Shown here piece by piece: positions 11,782-25,574 of a stretch of DNA of 64,000 nucleotides. The stretch is taken from assembly GCA_973895155.1 (NCBI GenBank), contig OZ316892.1, positions 24,313,971 through 24,377,970 of the forward strand, in the 5' to 3' direction. Each line of letters starts with the position of its first letter. The first letter of the stretch is position 1. Position numbers and translations under genes: made by a program. The notes under the pieces are model-generated. The model saw only the letters and a program-made list of their open reading frames with translations, did no database searches and had not been told where the DNA came from. The stretch comes from Marsupella aquatica (lineage: Eukaryota; Plantae; Marchantiophyta).

Positions 11782-13829
11782 CTACAGATAGTGGGCTGTG
11801 CGTAGTGTTTATGATGCAGTAACACCACAGTAGTTGATGTTGGGTCCACCTCCGCTGCACATAGAGCCAATGTTTAACTTTAGACACCACAAAATCTACC
11901 AGAAATTAAAAATATGGTAGATTTATTTAAGACCGACAGTATGAGCTCTGTTTGACCTAAAAATTGCTGAGTATGATCTTTAAAGTTCAAGCTACCTACT
12001 GAAAAGTAGTGACTTTATGGATACCTCAATTTGATGGCCTCAACAATCACTTTTTCACAAACTACAATGAGATCTTGGGCACTTTTCTTGAGGTACCTAG
12101 GGCAAAGTTGGGAACCAAAACTAAGCCACAGCATAGAGGTCCACACATTCTAAGTGAAGTGTAAAAAGCATTATGCTTTTGGGAAACAAATGTCTTAGGA
12201 AAACTGCCCGACCTTTGATCACAGTTTATGAAAAAAATGATTTTATAATATTGAGTGATGGAAATATTCAACTTTTGTGAGTCGGCAGCTTGAACTTAGA
12301 GATCACACAAAACAATCTTCAGCTCAAACAGAACTCACTGAGTCATCCAATAAAATATTTGACTTTATCAAAAGAACATTTTGCAAGTTTAGCTGCACTG
12401 TATAGTGCAGGGGGACCCAACACCAACTGCAGCCTTGTGTTATAAGAATTTCTGATGGCAAACTGTACAAAGAACTTAATACTCAAGTCCTAAATCAATC
12501 TTTGGGATCCATCAAGTCATGAAGATGTTCATTTCTCTTCTTTGACTATTGCCTGACAATGCCAAAGCAAGGAATAATTGTCTTTGGGGCCGCTTGTTGT
12601 GCAACTTGAACACCAAGCTTAGGATCAGTAGGCAACACTTTTGGAAACCTGCTAGAGAGAAATCAGTAGAGAACATTGTTTGGCCAAGTGATGTTAAAGA
12701 AAGACCATTCCTTCATAGTATTGTAGACCATCAAACAGGACTCCATTGCCACAAAGGACTGATGTATTGACTCGAATCAGATTTGGCAATTCCCCTTTTT
12801 TAAGTTTAGTAAAAATCTTATATACCTTGTCCACAAATGATAGCCTTTTGTTGGGAACATAGTGGGGTCCTTTTGCTTGGGGATTTTCTGAATGTGTCAT
12901 CTAAGCTGCTCAGGGGATAAATCCATGTTCAAATTCACACTTGAGTGCGATATCAAAAGTGGTAGTTAGCAACAAAACTCTTGAGGTCTACAAATTGTGA
13001 TTGGTTCTGTTTTCCATGTACTCCTCTGAATAATTGACAGGTGCTAGTTGTTGCCCAAAGACAATCCTTTTGTCAATTCAGTAAGAACCGCCCATATCTA
13101 TTGGCTTCTAAGAAATCTGTGTAGTCCGAATGGATTGTTGTCACCAGAGTTTTTAAGTGCCTGGTTGCCGTCCAAAGCTTTGGACAGGTGTAGATATATG
13201 ACTGAAATTGTTATGCAGGTTCCACATGCCTCAACTTTCAGATAGACAATATCAGTTTAGAATGGTGAAGCAGAAGCTTGAAGTGACCATATGAAGTGAC
13301 CATAGCTCTGGCGAGTTCCACAAATGAATCTGGATCTGATGTGGATTCTATCCACACGACCCTTGAATCACTTTAGTCTGTTTGCTTGAATACCGGTTTC
13401 TCCACAGAAGATGTTGCAGCCATTGCCACTTTGGATTCATCGTCAAATTCTGAGGGCAAAGACAGACTCTTGGAGATGGGGTGTTAGGCATTTACTCTTA
13501 GTCTAGGGTTACACTATAATCGTAGTTGGGGCTTAACTGGGCTGCACACACTATATCCAAGCGGTGTTTGCGTGCCATGATGGATAGTAGGAACTCAGGC
13601 TCATTCTTACGGAGCTAGGTGAGAGATAGGGAGATCTTGTATTGCGGAGATTCGGTATGGCCGACAGGCTTAGAGTGCAAGAAAGTTTGTGTGTGTTCCT
13701 GTGGACGTATCCTCAAGCTGACGTGAACCACGTATCTCTCTATGTCCACTACTTGTGCGTTGGATATATGGTTCATGAGTTTGCCATTGCGATTGTCGTC
13801 TATGTTTGACATGCATGGATTGGGGGCTA

Positions 13830-14986
13830 TCCCAACAAACTTGTTTGAATTGTACTTTGCAATGTACAATTCTTGGTGCTTGGTGCCTAGCCATCTAACA
13901 CCTAAGTCCAATGATTTTTCCACTCAGTTTTTCCATAATTTAGGCAGCTCACTAGAATGACAAAAAGTACATTTTTCCATCTAGCGGACCTCATATCCCC
14001 TCACCTTGTGTTTCAAAACAATTCCCACATTCACTTGTTTGTGAGTTGGCTGTTTGTCTAGACCGTCTTGGACACAATGGGAATGAAGCTTGCTTAACCC
14101 ATATGATCCCTACATGGGGGGTAAGCAATGGGAGCCTCATCAATTTCTCCACCAGGTGCTTTGCCGCTCTAAAAAGTGTGCTAACAAATTACATGCAGTG
14201 GCCTATAACCACAGAGCATGCCGTACTCGATGTTGAGTTTCCAAAATATGGCTTTCCTATCTAATGTATTGGGCTCATTGACGGTTCCCTTCTTCCACTA
14301 GCTCAACATCCATTTGCCAATAGGGAATGCTACTATGGCCAGAAAAGCTAGTATTCAGTCAATGTACAGATTGTCTGCAATCATAGGAGGATGATTCTTT
14401 TCATGTTCACCTAAGGTGATATTGAATGCACCATAATTATTAGTCAACCCACTTTACAAGTACTTTTGTGTTCCAAATTCAGTGCCTATTCATTGTTCAT
14501 AACATATGTGCATTTTTGTATTGTTCAGGAATGCCAGGTTCGTGCTCGGACCTCCCTTGTGTGAGACGGTCGCCTCTATGGCATTATTGCACAGATGTGA
14601 TTAGTAATACCCTGTTTGACAATGGGCAGTACAACTTGCACGACAGTGGGTACCAGGCATTACCCCATGCTCGACCGCATGTGGTATGTGCTTTCAAGAG
14701 GGCGGACATGGTACCTCACAAAGAGGGCTTAAACTCATGTGTGGTTGGATGTGTGGCAAAATGTCGGGTTACCAATGAACATTACATTGGTATTTTGAAA
14801 TCATGGTGGCATTCACTGAAGGAGGTGAGAACCCAATTGAACATGAAAAAAGACAGTGGTTGGTTTGTTAGATGGGTTACATTATGTGGCAAGTTACACA
14901 ACTATGTTATGGCTCAAAATGATTGTTTTACTGAAGGGGATGTGGCAATGAATTTTTCCAAACAAGGACATATGGGGCTGATGTGA
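13830..14986 (+). pseudogene. PIF/Harbinger DDE transposase pseudogene (HARBI1/DDE_Tnp_4-like)
   Basis: LAVCLDRLG...WGVSNGS...CIGLIDGS...YSVNVQIVCNH, intron ~14414-14528, then GMPGSCSD...HDSGY...RVTNEHYIGILKSWW. DDE triad recognisable; stops and frameshifts present. Confidence 0.85.
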
Positions 14987-15454
14987 GTCTGGTAGAGTTT
15001 CAAGGAGAGCCATCAGTAACAATTTGCTTTTGCGAATGATATGTTGACCATACCCTTGAATTCAACCAAAGGCCAGGAAAGTTTTTGTACAAGGCGGGGC
15101 AGTGACATTTGGGTACACCTAGTCTTTCACACACTTGTTTGAATGGTGACTTTTCAGGCAAAGTAGGGGTTGACAATTCATATATCTTAGACTCTCTCTT
15201 TAGTGAGAGTTTGGTTATTTCTTTTGCATACAAAAAGCTGAACACTGGTGGCCGATTCTGCATTTTCTATCAGAAAGCATGGAGAACCCAAGACCACCAT
15301 TGTGGATTGTTGATGTGGGGAAGCCAGTCAGGGACACATTCATTCTAGGCATATGGAACTTCCCAAGCTGTGCAGCAAAAATCAGTTTGGCTACCATTCC
15401 AACTCTTTTTTCTGGTGTTCCCAAATTTCAGAGCTCTTGGAGGGCCATGCATAT

Positions 15455-15946
15455 GGACCCCCATGGGAAGTCCCTTCAAAACTTCCTGGATGCACGGGCT
15501 GTCACATCAGCATGATTTGTCACAAACAACTTTTAGCTATGCAAGAAGAATCAAATTTCACTATTCATGTTTGAGGCAAGGCAACAAAAAATAGTTAGAC
15601 CCTGTAACTATAAAAACAATGGAAAACTGAAAAGTAACATTTCAAGTATAGAAGGAAAGAGTAAGATAGGGGTGAAAGACAATAATCTTTGGATGGGTTG
15701 TGCGATGCGTGATGGGTTGTGATTGACACTTCAGTGCTTTCTTGTAATTATCTGTTTCAATCTTTAACCTACACATTTTTGAAATAGTGACAAGTAGCAC
15801 AAAACTTCTCAACTACTCTAACATTTACCAATGTAACATAAGAAACCCAATAAACTTTTCAAATTCTCTAGCATTAACCAAGGTAACTTAGGAAACCCTT
15901 TGCTACTATAAATAGAGGAGTAACAAGCAAAGGTAAGAAGCACCTG
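15455..15946. repeat. Dispersed repeat, copy 1 (copy 2 at ~43575-44057; shorter homology at ~25215-25275)
   Basis: ggacccccatgggaag...catcagcatgattt...tgtaactataaaaacaatggaaaact...ctctaacatttaccaa...aaggtaagaa colinear with 43575-44057. Confidence 0.85.
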
Positions 15947-15953
15947 GGGGGTG

Positions 15954-16263
15954 GGGGTCACTTCTATGGAAGTGGCACATCATGTGCAACGAAGTATAGG
16001 CCCATTTAAATGGGTCTTGGAGAAGACTTCCAAAGTTTTGTGAAAGAACACATAGGGCATGTTTTATTGACTTATTGACTTTAATGAACACATAGGCCTA
16101 TTTGATTGGAAAACATACTTTTTATGAACTTTTCAGGGGTTTCTCAGTAAAAACGACAAAAATTTAAAGAAAGAAAGGGTATTGCAGTTTTTTTCATTTA
16201 TAAGTTAGGGGGGTCAAACCCTAGAACATCGCACGCAATGTATGGCCCTCCATATAGTGACCC
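15954..16263 (+). mobile_element. Non-autonomous TIR element (GGGGTC(TC)ACT family MITE), copy A
   Basis: Left end GGGGTCACTTCTATGGAAGTGGCACATC, right end GGCCCTCCATATAGTGACCC; interior colinear with the copies at 37890 and 38972. Confidence 0.85.
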
Positions 16264-16659
16264 ACTGAGCATACTTCTATCAAGACTTCTCTCAATAATT
16301 TGTCTTACTTTGTACTTAGAGGCAATGCAAAACCATCCTATAATTGCTTACTCAAAATGCATTCAAATGATCAGGAAGAATTGAAAGTCCAGATGGGATG
16401 TAAATCCATGACAAAACAATGATCACCCCTAAAATTGAAGAGATGGAAGCAACACAACCAAACCCTAATTGGTCTAAAGACATAAACCATAAACCAAATG
16501 ACAACAAAAGGTTGCATTAGTAAACTGTAGGAAGTTGCAAACAGAACGACAACGACCACAAACGCAATGACCTTGACCGCAAACCAAACTGCACAACGGC
16601 ATGGTAAGCTGAGCCAAAAATTATGTAATTCCTCCATTTGTAGTTAAGAACGCCCTTTA

Positions 16660-16755
16660 CAGCTCATTAAGAGGGGTCCTAATAGGTAACAAAACTTTCA
16701 TAGGGGCCCATCACATAAAAATGTCCTGCGAGGGGTCCCATCAAGCATGTACCGC
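16660..16755. mobile_element. Solo right TIR of the Mutator-type MITE family at 21252-21943
   Basis: taggggcccatca...gaggggtcccatcaagcatgtacc resembles 21888-21943. Confidence 0.65.
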
Positions 16756-18199
16756 TAAACATCTGTTACCCCAAAGTGCTAAGGAGCTCTGATAATGGAG
16801 CGATCCAATTTTGAAGGTGCTGCAGGAATCCAGAGTGATTGGGACTCTAGAGACAAAGCAATTAGCTAGAAAAATGTCGCATTTGCTCCAGCTCCCTATG
16901 TACCCTCCATTGGCAAGCAATTGGAGTGCTTCCAAATGCATGGTATATGCCTCCCATGATTCTTGATGAACAATTTTGTGTAATGCCACTGAAGGCAGCA
17001 AGGATCTCCTGTACTTTTTGTGCAGTGAGTGGTCCATTGCAATTGCCAGGTTCCTTGCACTAGCTTTGCTCTTGTTGAGATTTCAACTTGTAGATATTGA
17101 ACTTCAAATTCCTTCCCTGCTCACCCACTGTTAAATGCAAGTGCGTTGCCCCAACCGGTACCTCACGGACTTGCATTGAACTGGTTTTTAGGGACACATT
17201 GGCCCCAATGCTTGGTTCCCAACCCACCCCAGATTTTGGTTACGCCCCAAGAGTCATGGTCTAGAGGCTTCACTCTAGACCATGCAGGTTTAAACAAAGT
17301 AGCTTTTGATTACACTTTACTTGTAAGATAGGTTAGTAAAAATAGGTGAAGCAAAGTTGATATATAGAAGCCTCTACAACTTCCAATGGGTTCCAATAGG
17401 TGCCTGACAAGGACTTCAGGATTTACAAGATTTGTCATTTATGACATTCAGACTGTTTGTTCATGTTTGCATCGGCCTGTTACCCACATTTTTTTTGGTA
17501 AGAAGTCATTTTTACCTAGTTGACAAAAGGTTCCCCTGAAGCCTACTTTTGAGTGGGGTTTGTGTAAAAGGCGATGGGCACACCTGCCACTATAAAAGCC
17601 CCATTCCATGTATCACCATAAAAGGTGGAACACGCAACACCTTTTCTGGAGCACTTACTAATAAAAGGTTTTGCACTCACCACCTTTGGTGGAGTTCAAA
17701 GCCCATTCCTGAACCAGTGCACTTTACAATAAGAGCTGCAAATAACCTGTGGCCTTTTGGTCCAATGTTAAAATGCCCAAACCGTCATTCTGCAAACATC
17801 CTTTTTCAGTGATAAGAAAGCAATGATACATCAACAAAAAATAGGACCTATCACTCTATATCAGTGATTAGGATCGATAAACATTGTGCCCCAATGTTTA
17901 TGTAAAGTGAAATCTGGCATGTTCCCACGTTCGAATGACATAGAAAAAGAAGTGGGGCCTTAATATTGTAAAGAGAAAGATGAAGGTTACCGACCAGTCA
18001 AACATGATAAGCACATAGTCAACCCTTCTGTTGAATGTTGAGAGAAAAATGTGAATGAGACATAACTGTCCAGGTACAATCCAAATTTTGTAAAAGTAGT
18101 GCAGTAATGATTAAACTACCCAATCAATTATTGTTGCCCCACTTAGTTTTGTGGTCCGTGATCAATCGGATCTTTCCAGTTTACACGCAGGCCCGCTCT

Positions 18200-19194
18200 G
18201 ATAAGGCGCCGTCCACACTACATCGCTACAGAAAGCTCCAAACCCAATGCGTAAGGATCCTGGGCGCCTCACGACTTCCGGACCAGTCGACAAAGATTGG
18301 AGGAATTTACACCGAGGTATCTCTTGTCACGACAGATCGGTTGGACGTGTTGGAACATGTCATCCATGTCAAGAATAAGCTTTTCTCTTCCCAGCCTTTA
18401 CAGACAGATTTTTTTCACTCAATTACTCACTCATCTACGGATTGCTGGAGGCAACGCCAGCAGAAGCATGTCTTATCTTTGTTGCCTCGGCAAAGCAGCC
18501 GAGGCCAGACGTTTCTGCTACGGAAATGATCTCCAGTTTATTCTAGAGCACAATATTGTGGTGTATAGGCCCACCAAAACCACCTGAAAATCATATGGGT
18601 GCCAGGCTATTATAGCTGTGCCGTTGTGTAGCACCAGGTTGTGACTTGTGACCCGACCCCCACATAGAGAAGTTAGCTCTATTTTGGCCTTCGTCTCGAT
18701 GAATTAGCTCCAGTCATTCTCAATCCAGTAAAGCTCACCGCTCGAATTTCGAAACAAAACAAAATAGCTCGATTGAAAGTATTAAGGCGTGACGCTGACT
18801 TACAATACGTATCCCGAGTGATTCTGTGCACAACTCACGAAGAACTTCACGGAAGTCGGAAGAGCTCCTGATATTCGTTGGCGCAATCCCCGACGATGGA
18901 TTTCATATTGTCTACGGATGACATGATCAATACTTCGGGATACGTCCAACAACGCAAACCCCACCGTCTCTTTCTGGAGGCCATTCCGCCCTTAAATTCT
19001 GTATTACTTTTATACCGTGTATGTACAGGGGCTCGAATGTCTAAACCTTTCCGGTGCAATTTGGATGGCTCGTTTTTCAAGATTTCCATATCTTTCTGTT
19101 GCGTTGTCTCGAGCATTCCATTCTGACTAGCAACTTTAGTAAGATCTCTCTCAACCGACAGCCGAGGCCAGTGACCAAAGTTATACGGTCTCAA
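18200..19194 (-). other. CpG-rich island with possible exons of an unidentified gene
   Basis: CpG retained relative to the flanks; 115-aa ORF 18847-19194 and an exon-like frame RLGREKLILDMDDMFQHVQPICRDKRYLG near 18270-18400; no family recognised. Confidence 0.25.
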
Positions 19195-19223
19195 TACACA
19201 ATAGAGAGTGTTAAAGCAAAGTA

Positions 19224-19600
19224 GTACACTGTTAATTAATTAATGTTATGCATAAATTAGTGTCACTAATACTAATTTTGGTAAAAATGATTTTGAATTC
19301 AAGTAACATTTATTTTTGTAGGTTTTCAAAATAGATTTTTTATACTTTAATTTAAATTGCTTGTAGAAAATGGATAATATTTACCTGATTATTTAGTCTA
19401 AAATAATATTAATTGTTATGTATTTTTCAAAATAGTTTTCTCTCTCTATTTTTCACTCTTAAGACCACAGTAACACTAATTTATGTGCACGAAAATAATG
19501 TTAGCACAAAAATAATATGACTAACACTAATTTGCGAGTAGATTCTGAAAATGGGCGCTCTCAAATTAGTGTTAGTCACACTAATTATGGTGAATAGTGT
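19224..19600. mobile_element. Putative AT-rich MITE (TACACT...AGTGTA ends)
   Basis: Imperfect terminal inversion tacactgttaatta / taattatggtgaatagtgta, with internal cactaat/attagtg repeats. Confidence 0.35.
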
Positions 19601-21251
19601 AATTGACTTACTACCAATGACCTAAAGTGTTTTTATGGCGTGGACAAAAATGCTATAGGCTACCTAAATAAGCACCCCTTAAGAATAGTACGACCAAAAC
19701 GTTTCAGCTGTAAGAACCTACTTACAGCAGTGCTGCGACACACCCTAATACACTGAACAATATCATATTTAACGTTCTGGTGTATAACATTGTGTCCAAC
19801 AATAAGTTTGGGCCAATTTTATTCTCCCATCACTTAGCTGAATTAAAGTTCAACGCCACAAGAATTAAAGGGGCATAATAAGTATTGGTCCATTTTTTAT
19901 CCCCATCACTTAACTGAACTAAAGCTCAACCACACAACAATGAACAAATTCTGCTAATCGTTCTTGAGACTAAATAGTGACCTTTTTGCTTTTAGGATGG
20001 CATAACAATGACCACTTCTGCTGATGGCATAATAGTGTTGATCATAGGGAGAATGTGTTATGTATGTGTATTGCTAGAGGACTAGTGGTCTGAGTTAGTC
20101 CCCCATTGACGTTGCTGTGTGGAACAGAATCCATTTCACCCAAACTCTGTGTGTACTTTTCTTTGGCCTTCTGGCGCTGACTTGCCCACTAAGGCCTACT
20201 GGTTGAAGGGCCTACTGGTTGTCCCATCCATAGGCCGGGTTCATGCATAATAAATTTTACTTGAAAAACCAACAAAGAATGAGATGGAAAAAGCTTATAC
20301 AATAATCTTTGTGCTGCAAAAAAGGTAATTTGGGCAACCTTTGATCTATCTCAATTTTTTTACAGATACATTGACTAAAGTATTCAGGATAATTCCTGCA
20401 CTGTAGACACCACCTGCTATATCTGTGGTTGGAAGAGCTGCCCAGAATTTCCTCAAACATTGCTTCATCAGGGTTTGCCAGAATCTTGAGATCAATCTGC
20501 CCACACAACTTCTTGCTCTGACTTGTGGGATGTCAAAGACCATTAGTCGTTTGATGTACTAAACTTGGTCATCTCACATGAAGGATTTGGAATAGGGTAC
20601 CATCCTAGTTCATGGCGTTGTCGGATATTTTGCCCCTGAAATGAGGACTTAAGCCCAAGTTTGAGGGACCATTATGGCCCACAATGCTTGTAACCATAGA
20701 GTAACTCTTGTAAAACCTTGAGTGAGTTTTAAGTAAACCTCAGAATTAATGTCATGCAATAGTGCATAAAGAAAGAAATTAGTTTGCAGACCCTGCGGTA
20801 ACCTTGTGGTGGTCAAAACACTTTTTTGGAATTATCAATCTTATCCACAAAAATCACTCAACCACTGACAATGCTCCAACATATCCATTGAAAAGGTTTG
20901 TCATCATGCTTACACCAAGCTCTCAAAGTCATTATTTTCCCATCCTTTACCGGGTCTACTGTAGTAATTACTCATTTTTGCACTGACTCATTTTGGGGAA
21001 AATACGTAGTACAAGAAAGGTACTCGTTATCGTTTGTCTCCTCCAAAGCCTTTGACACAGGATCCCTTGAAGCTGCCCTCAATTCATTTTGTGTGGATAC
21101 AAACAATCCGCCCGATCATTTGTAGAAGCAGCATTTTGTTCTTTTCCTCCACCAACCCAACCCAACCCAACCTATTTTTCATTTTCCCTTATCTTAAGTC
21201 TGACTGGATTGATGAGGATAATTGGAAAGTTTGGCAAATCCATTTTTCTTC

Positions 21252-21943
21252 GAGATATATGCCTGATGGACCCCTCTGAAACATTTTTTATCCAATAGGC
21301 CCCTACAATTTATTTTTACCTAATAGTCCCCCTCTTAATGAGCCATACTCAGTGTTCTTGTGAGGTGCCAAACTGTGTAGTTAACCACAACGGAATTCTA
21401 AATTAGGGCGCGGGTGGGTTTAGCCATGAAAACATATTGCAGTATGTATTCCGAGCTCGATGCCTAGTGCCTAGTGACAGAAATGAGTGCCTAATGGCCA
21501 GTGACAAAAAAGGTGCTAGTGGAAGTACCAGGATCATAATGACCGCACATGTCCTCCAAATTGATAGTCGCAGATCAAAAACATCAAGAAAACCCTGCGT
21601 GGAGCACGTGAAAGTAAGCCCTATGACTACGCCGCGGTATAGCAAAAATTCAAATCCGAAGACATCATCCATATTGTCTTCACTTCGCAGTTTGGGTAGT
21701 GGCGGCCGCAATTCCGCGGTTCCCATAACCCCGTCGTTTGACCATTTTGTTCAACCATGCAAGGTTGGGTGTGGGGTTCAACGGTGCAGTCGGTCATTGC
21801 ATCAAGAAAAAAATTGGTTAGAGTGACTGCTAGAAGAAGAACTGATGCAAAACTGTAGAAGGGGGCATGTTAGCTAAAAAACGATTCGTAGGGGCCCATC
21901 AGGTATGAAAGTTACACCAGAGGTCCCATCAAGCATATACCTC
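21252..21943. mobile_element. Mutator-type MITE with 10-bp TSD
   Basis: TIRs GAGATATATGCCTGATGGACCCCTCTG / CAGAGGTCCCATCAAGCATATACCTC; flanking direct repeat ATTTTTCTTC at 21242-21251 and 21944-21953. Confidence 0.9.
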
Positions 21944-22286
21944 ATTTTTCTTCAAATTTGCATTGTGCATTGTGCATGTCTAAATGGCAACTGCTCAAAT
22001 ACTATTGATAGCGCAAAGTGTAAACAATGAGGGATGTAATCATCTTTTGGAATTCTTAGCTCTCAATTCTTCATTGAAACTAGAGACCTTATACTGATTG
22101 GAAAGACCTTTAGAATCTGATTCTTTCGAGCCCAATAAGAGACTATTTGAATGTATCAAAGGAGATCTAATTGAATAAGTCTGAGATTTCCATTGAAGCA
22201 TTCCTTTGAACCAAAACTTTCAAGAAACGTTTGGATGTACACTATCCTTCAACACACAACCTTTTCTTAGGGGTCTCACTGTATGG

Positions 22287-22735
22287 GAGGTATATGCTTG
22301 ATGGGCCCTCAGGTGGAACTTTCGTACCTAATGGGCCCGCTCCTACACTTTTGTGTCAGTTGTTCTTGTAGCAGTCACTCTAACCATTTTTTCTTGATGC
22401 AATGACCAACTGCATTGTCGAACCCTACACCCAACCTTGCACGGTCAAACAAACGGGTCAAACGACATGGTTAGGGGAACCTTGAAATTGCGACCGCCGC
22501 TACCCAAACTGCAAAGTGAAGACAATATGAATTATGTCTTTGGATTTGAACCGTAGATGCTACACGAACTGCAAAGTGAAGACAATATGGATTATGTCTT
22601 CAAATTTAAATTTTTACAGAACGGTGGGGTAGTCATGGGACTTACTTTCATGTGCTCCACACAGGGTTTTCTCAACATTTTTTATCTGCGACTATCAGTT
22701 CGGAGGACATGTGCGGTCATTATGATCCTAGTATC
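22287..22735. mobile_element. Inverted partial copy of the 21252-21943 MITE
   Basis: Reverse complement of ~21530-21943 with an internal duplication (aactgcaaagtgaagacaatatg x2); abuts a GGGGTCTCACTGTATGG terminus at 22270. Confidence 0.85.
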
Positions 22736-22901
22736 TAAACAACAAGCAATGCCATGCACTTCTGGTCACAGGACCACTACTAACTTAAGTCATCCCTAGG
22801 ATGAGTTGGTCCACTATACCTTCTCTTAAGCAGTTCTACTGACAGTATACAGTGGCAAACTCAAATCACACCTCTCTCAACAATAACCTGTGATAACCAC
22901 A

Positions 22902-23705
22902 ACGTTAAATCTACACTATGTTAATGCTCCCCAATTGTCTTGGGGCCCATACACTGCCCGTCCCAGTCCCCGATGTTGCTGCCCGCTCCAGCCCAAGTTT
23001 GTTAGACCATAAACTACAACTCTACCAATTTGTCACCTGCTCCAGCTAGATCAACTTTGTACCGTTGACTTTGGGTTTATGTTTTGGCACCCTTCACTTG
23101 CTTTCGCCCGCTCTGGCCCAAGTCCCCATTGCTGTTGCCTGCTCCGGCCCAAGTTTGCCACAACATAAACCAATACTCTATCATGACGCTTATCCAAAGT
23201 ACTAAGCTTTGCCTAAACACTTAGACTCTATTATGAAACAAAGGTGACTCAATTGGAAAGAAGGGTTGCCATAACATAAACCACAACTCCATAGAGAAGA
23301 AGCATTTGGCTGAACAACTACCAAGACTCTATCAATCATGATTCTTAACCAAAGTACTAGGCTATACTTGAACACTTAGACTCTGTTACAAAGCAAGCAT
23401 GACTTTGTTGGACAAAAATGTTGCTAGAACATCCCGTAGAACATAAACCACAACTCCACAAAGAAGAAGTTGGTGGCACAAAGTTGATTGGGCCGGAGCG
23501 AGCAACAAAAAGTGAAGGATGCCAAAACATAAATCTAAAGTCAATGGCACAATGTTAATCAGGCCGGAGTGGGTGACAAAATGATAGAGTCTTAGTTTAT
23601 GATCTGGCAAGCTCGGGCCGGAGCGGCAGCAACATTGGGGACAGGGATGGGCAGTGTACGGGCCCCAAGACAATTGGGGAGCATTAACGCGGTGTAGATT
23701 TAACG
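22902..23705. mobile_element. Foldback-like element with ~220-bp TIRs
   Basis: 22902-23120 (acgttaaatctacac...aatgctccccaattgtcttggggccc...) is the reverse complement of ~23489-23705. Confidence 0.85.
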
Positions 23706-24781
23706 TGCAGTCAATACAACCTGTGATATCAATGTATGTGTCAACGATGTAAAACCAATGTCAAAGCTTCAAAGTTGTGGATGATGGCTTCTGGCCAGCT
23801 CCTTTGGGGTCTCACTACATACGTAGAGCCCTCCCCCAATCCCATCACCAACGACATTTCACTTCCAGAAAATTGACATATCAAGTGCAATGAAGAATAT
23901 TGTCTTTTTATTGGTTCTAAGGGAAGACTGGGGTCAAAATCCTAATGCTTCTAGTTTTGCTTAGTACGACTCAAAACCTTTGGTGTGCTCATTGAGACAA
24001 CCAAATGGATGTCTGTTACATCAGTAGTGATGTGAGTTTGCCTTTAGAAAATTCAATTTCATGAGTATATTCTCCAATCAAGGAACTATAATGCGGGAGG
24101 GAAGAGATGATTTGGCCTTATCCTTGTTAGGGTATGCCTCAGATAGTATTTAAAGCCATATACTTCCATAGTACTAGTTAAAACCTTGGAAAACTAGGAT
24201 AACACTTGTTTAAGTTCCAGGCTTCCATAGACCATTTGAGGAGGTATACCCGAGGGAAACACAAACTTGTGCTCATACTTGAAGGCTGGGCTTGAAGATT
24301 CACTCGTTTTGTGCTAAGGAAGATGAGGGTGAGAGGAGAAGCTCTAGCATGTTGACAGACAATGGGTTTAATCATTTTATATTAATGGATTTATCTCACG
24401 GCCATGGACGTGTATGGACGGGGGGAACCCGTGTACTTTTAGTGTCATTGTCTATGGATGTTTTTCCAAACATGTGTTGATGCTGTCCTATTTTGGTCTG
24501 GATTATAATCCCCAACAATCATCAGATTGTGTAATCCCTACCCTTGGCAGAAAATAACGAGAAAGAAACAAAGCAATGTCAGAGTACGTTCAATGGAACC
24601 AGATCCAAAATCTTGACATTTAATGAATGGAGGAAAATAAGATGGGTTAACCTTGATCTGTTCCTTCTAATAGAGTGGGACTGAGCCTAACTTAGTGAGC
24701 TAAGTCGAGATACTCCCAATCACTCAAAGAAAATCAAAGGAAACATTTTCATTAAAGACAAACTTTCTAGTTTATCACTTA

Positions 24782-25030
24782 GGGGTCTCATTTCTGCAAA
24801 ATGGCATATCAAGTTTCTCAAAACATAGGGTCAATTTATGTTGATGGAAATATAACTTGAAAATTTATCTTAGTATAAGGCAAGACAGGGTTTTAAAAAC
24901 CAAAATTTGAAATATCCCAAGAGTACTCTAAAACAATAGTGGTACAACAATTTAATACATTTAGTTTTTGGGCATACTTGACCTTAAAAGGTCGCAGGTG
25001 ATATGGGGGGCTCCAAATAGTTAGACCCCC
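24782..25030 (+). mobile_element. GGGGTCTCACT family MITE, copy B (diverged)
   Basis: Ends GGGGTCTCATTTCTGCAAAATGGCATATCA and TCGCAGGTGATATGGGGGGCTCCAAATAGTTAGACCCCC. Confidence 0.7.
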
Positions 25031-25574
25031 AAGGTTCATCACTGTCTTGACTCCATGTCCCCTTAGTCATAATTGTGTTCCACGATATGAGTCATCTCCA
25101 ATTGTCTAACCTCAACAACCCTTTGACCATCATGGTCAAATTGTGCTCAAGGTAACCTAACCAAGTGGTAGAGTCACTCTAGTCCTTAATTAATTACCTA
25201 GCAGGCTGTTTTACGGACCCCCATGGGAGGTTCCTTGCAAATTCCCTGTCACCAGGTTGCACCACATCAGCACAACCAACCACAAACAAAAAAGATCCTA
25301 TTTTTGACAGTAACAAAAGTGCACATTCATGTTTGTGGCAAAAGCAACGTAATTTTTGGGGTGCCATGCCATAAGTATTAAGCGTAAAAACACCAGCACA
25401 CAAAAGAAGAGATATCATTTAGTAAAATAAAGTTACCATTTTGATGTTTGTCAATGATATATCAGTGTTTTCCATCAAAATGCTTGTATTTTTAAATTGT
25501 TTGCAAATTTGAAAAAACCATTTGATAGAAATGTACATAGTTAGAACCCTTTGGCTCCACATTGTAAAACTAAA

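Larger units (their letters stand above)
10300..13500 (-). mobile_element. Highly degenerate L1-type LINE remnant (endonuclease/RT)
   Basis: Minus-strand relics in the expected order: KSP..GG (~11690), VLANLL/QGF (~11450-11520), VP*GCFLVPL resembling RQGCPLAPL (~10860-10895); many stops; CpG-depleted. Confidence 0.4.

Noticed and set aside
16760-17900. Second LINE C-terminal fragment
   Set aside because: Only a weak GLGIL...AL..K hint on the minus strand; too degenerate to call.
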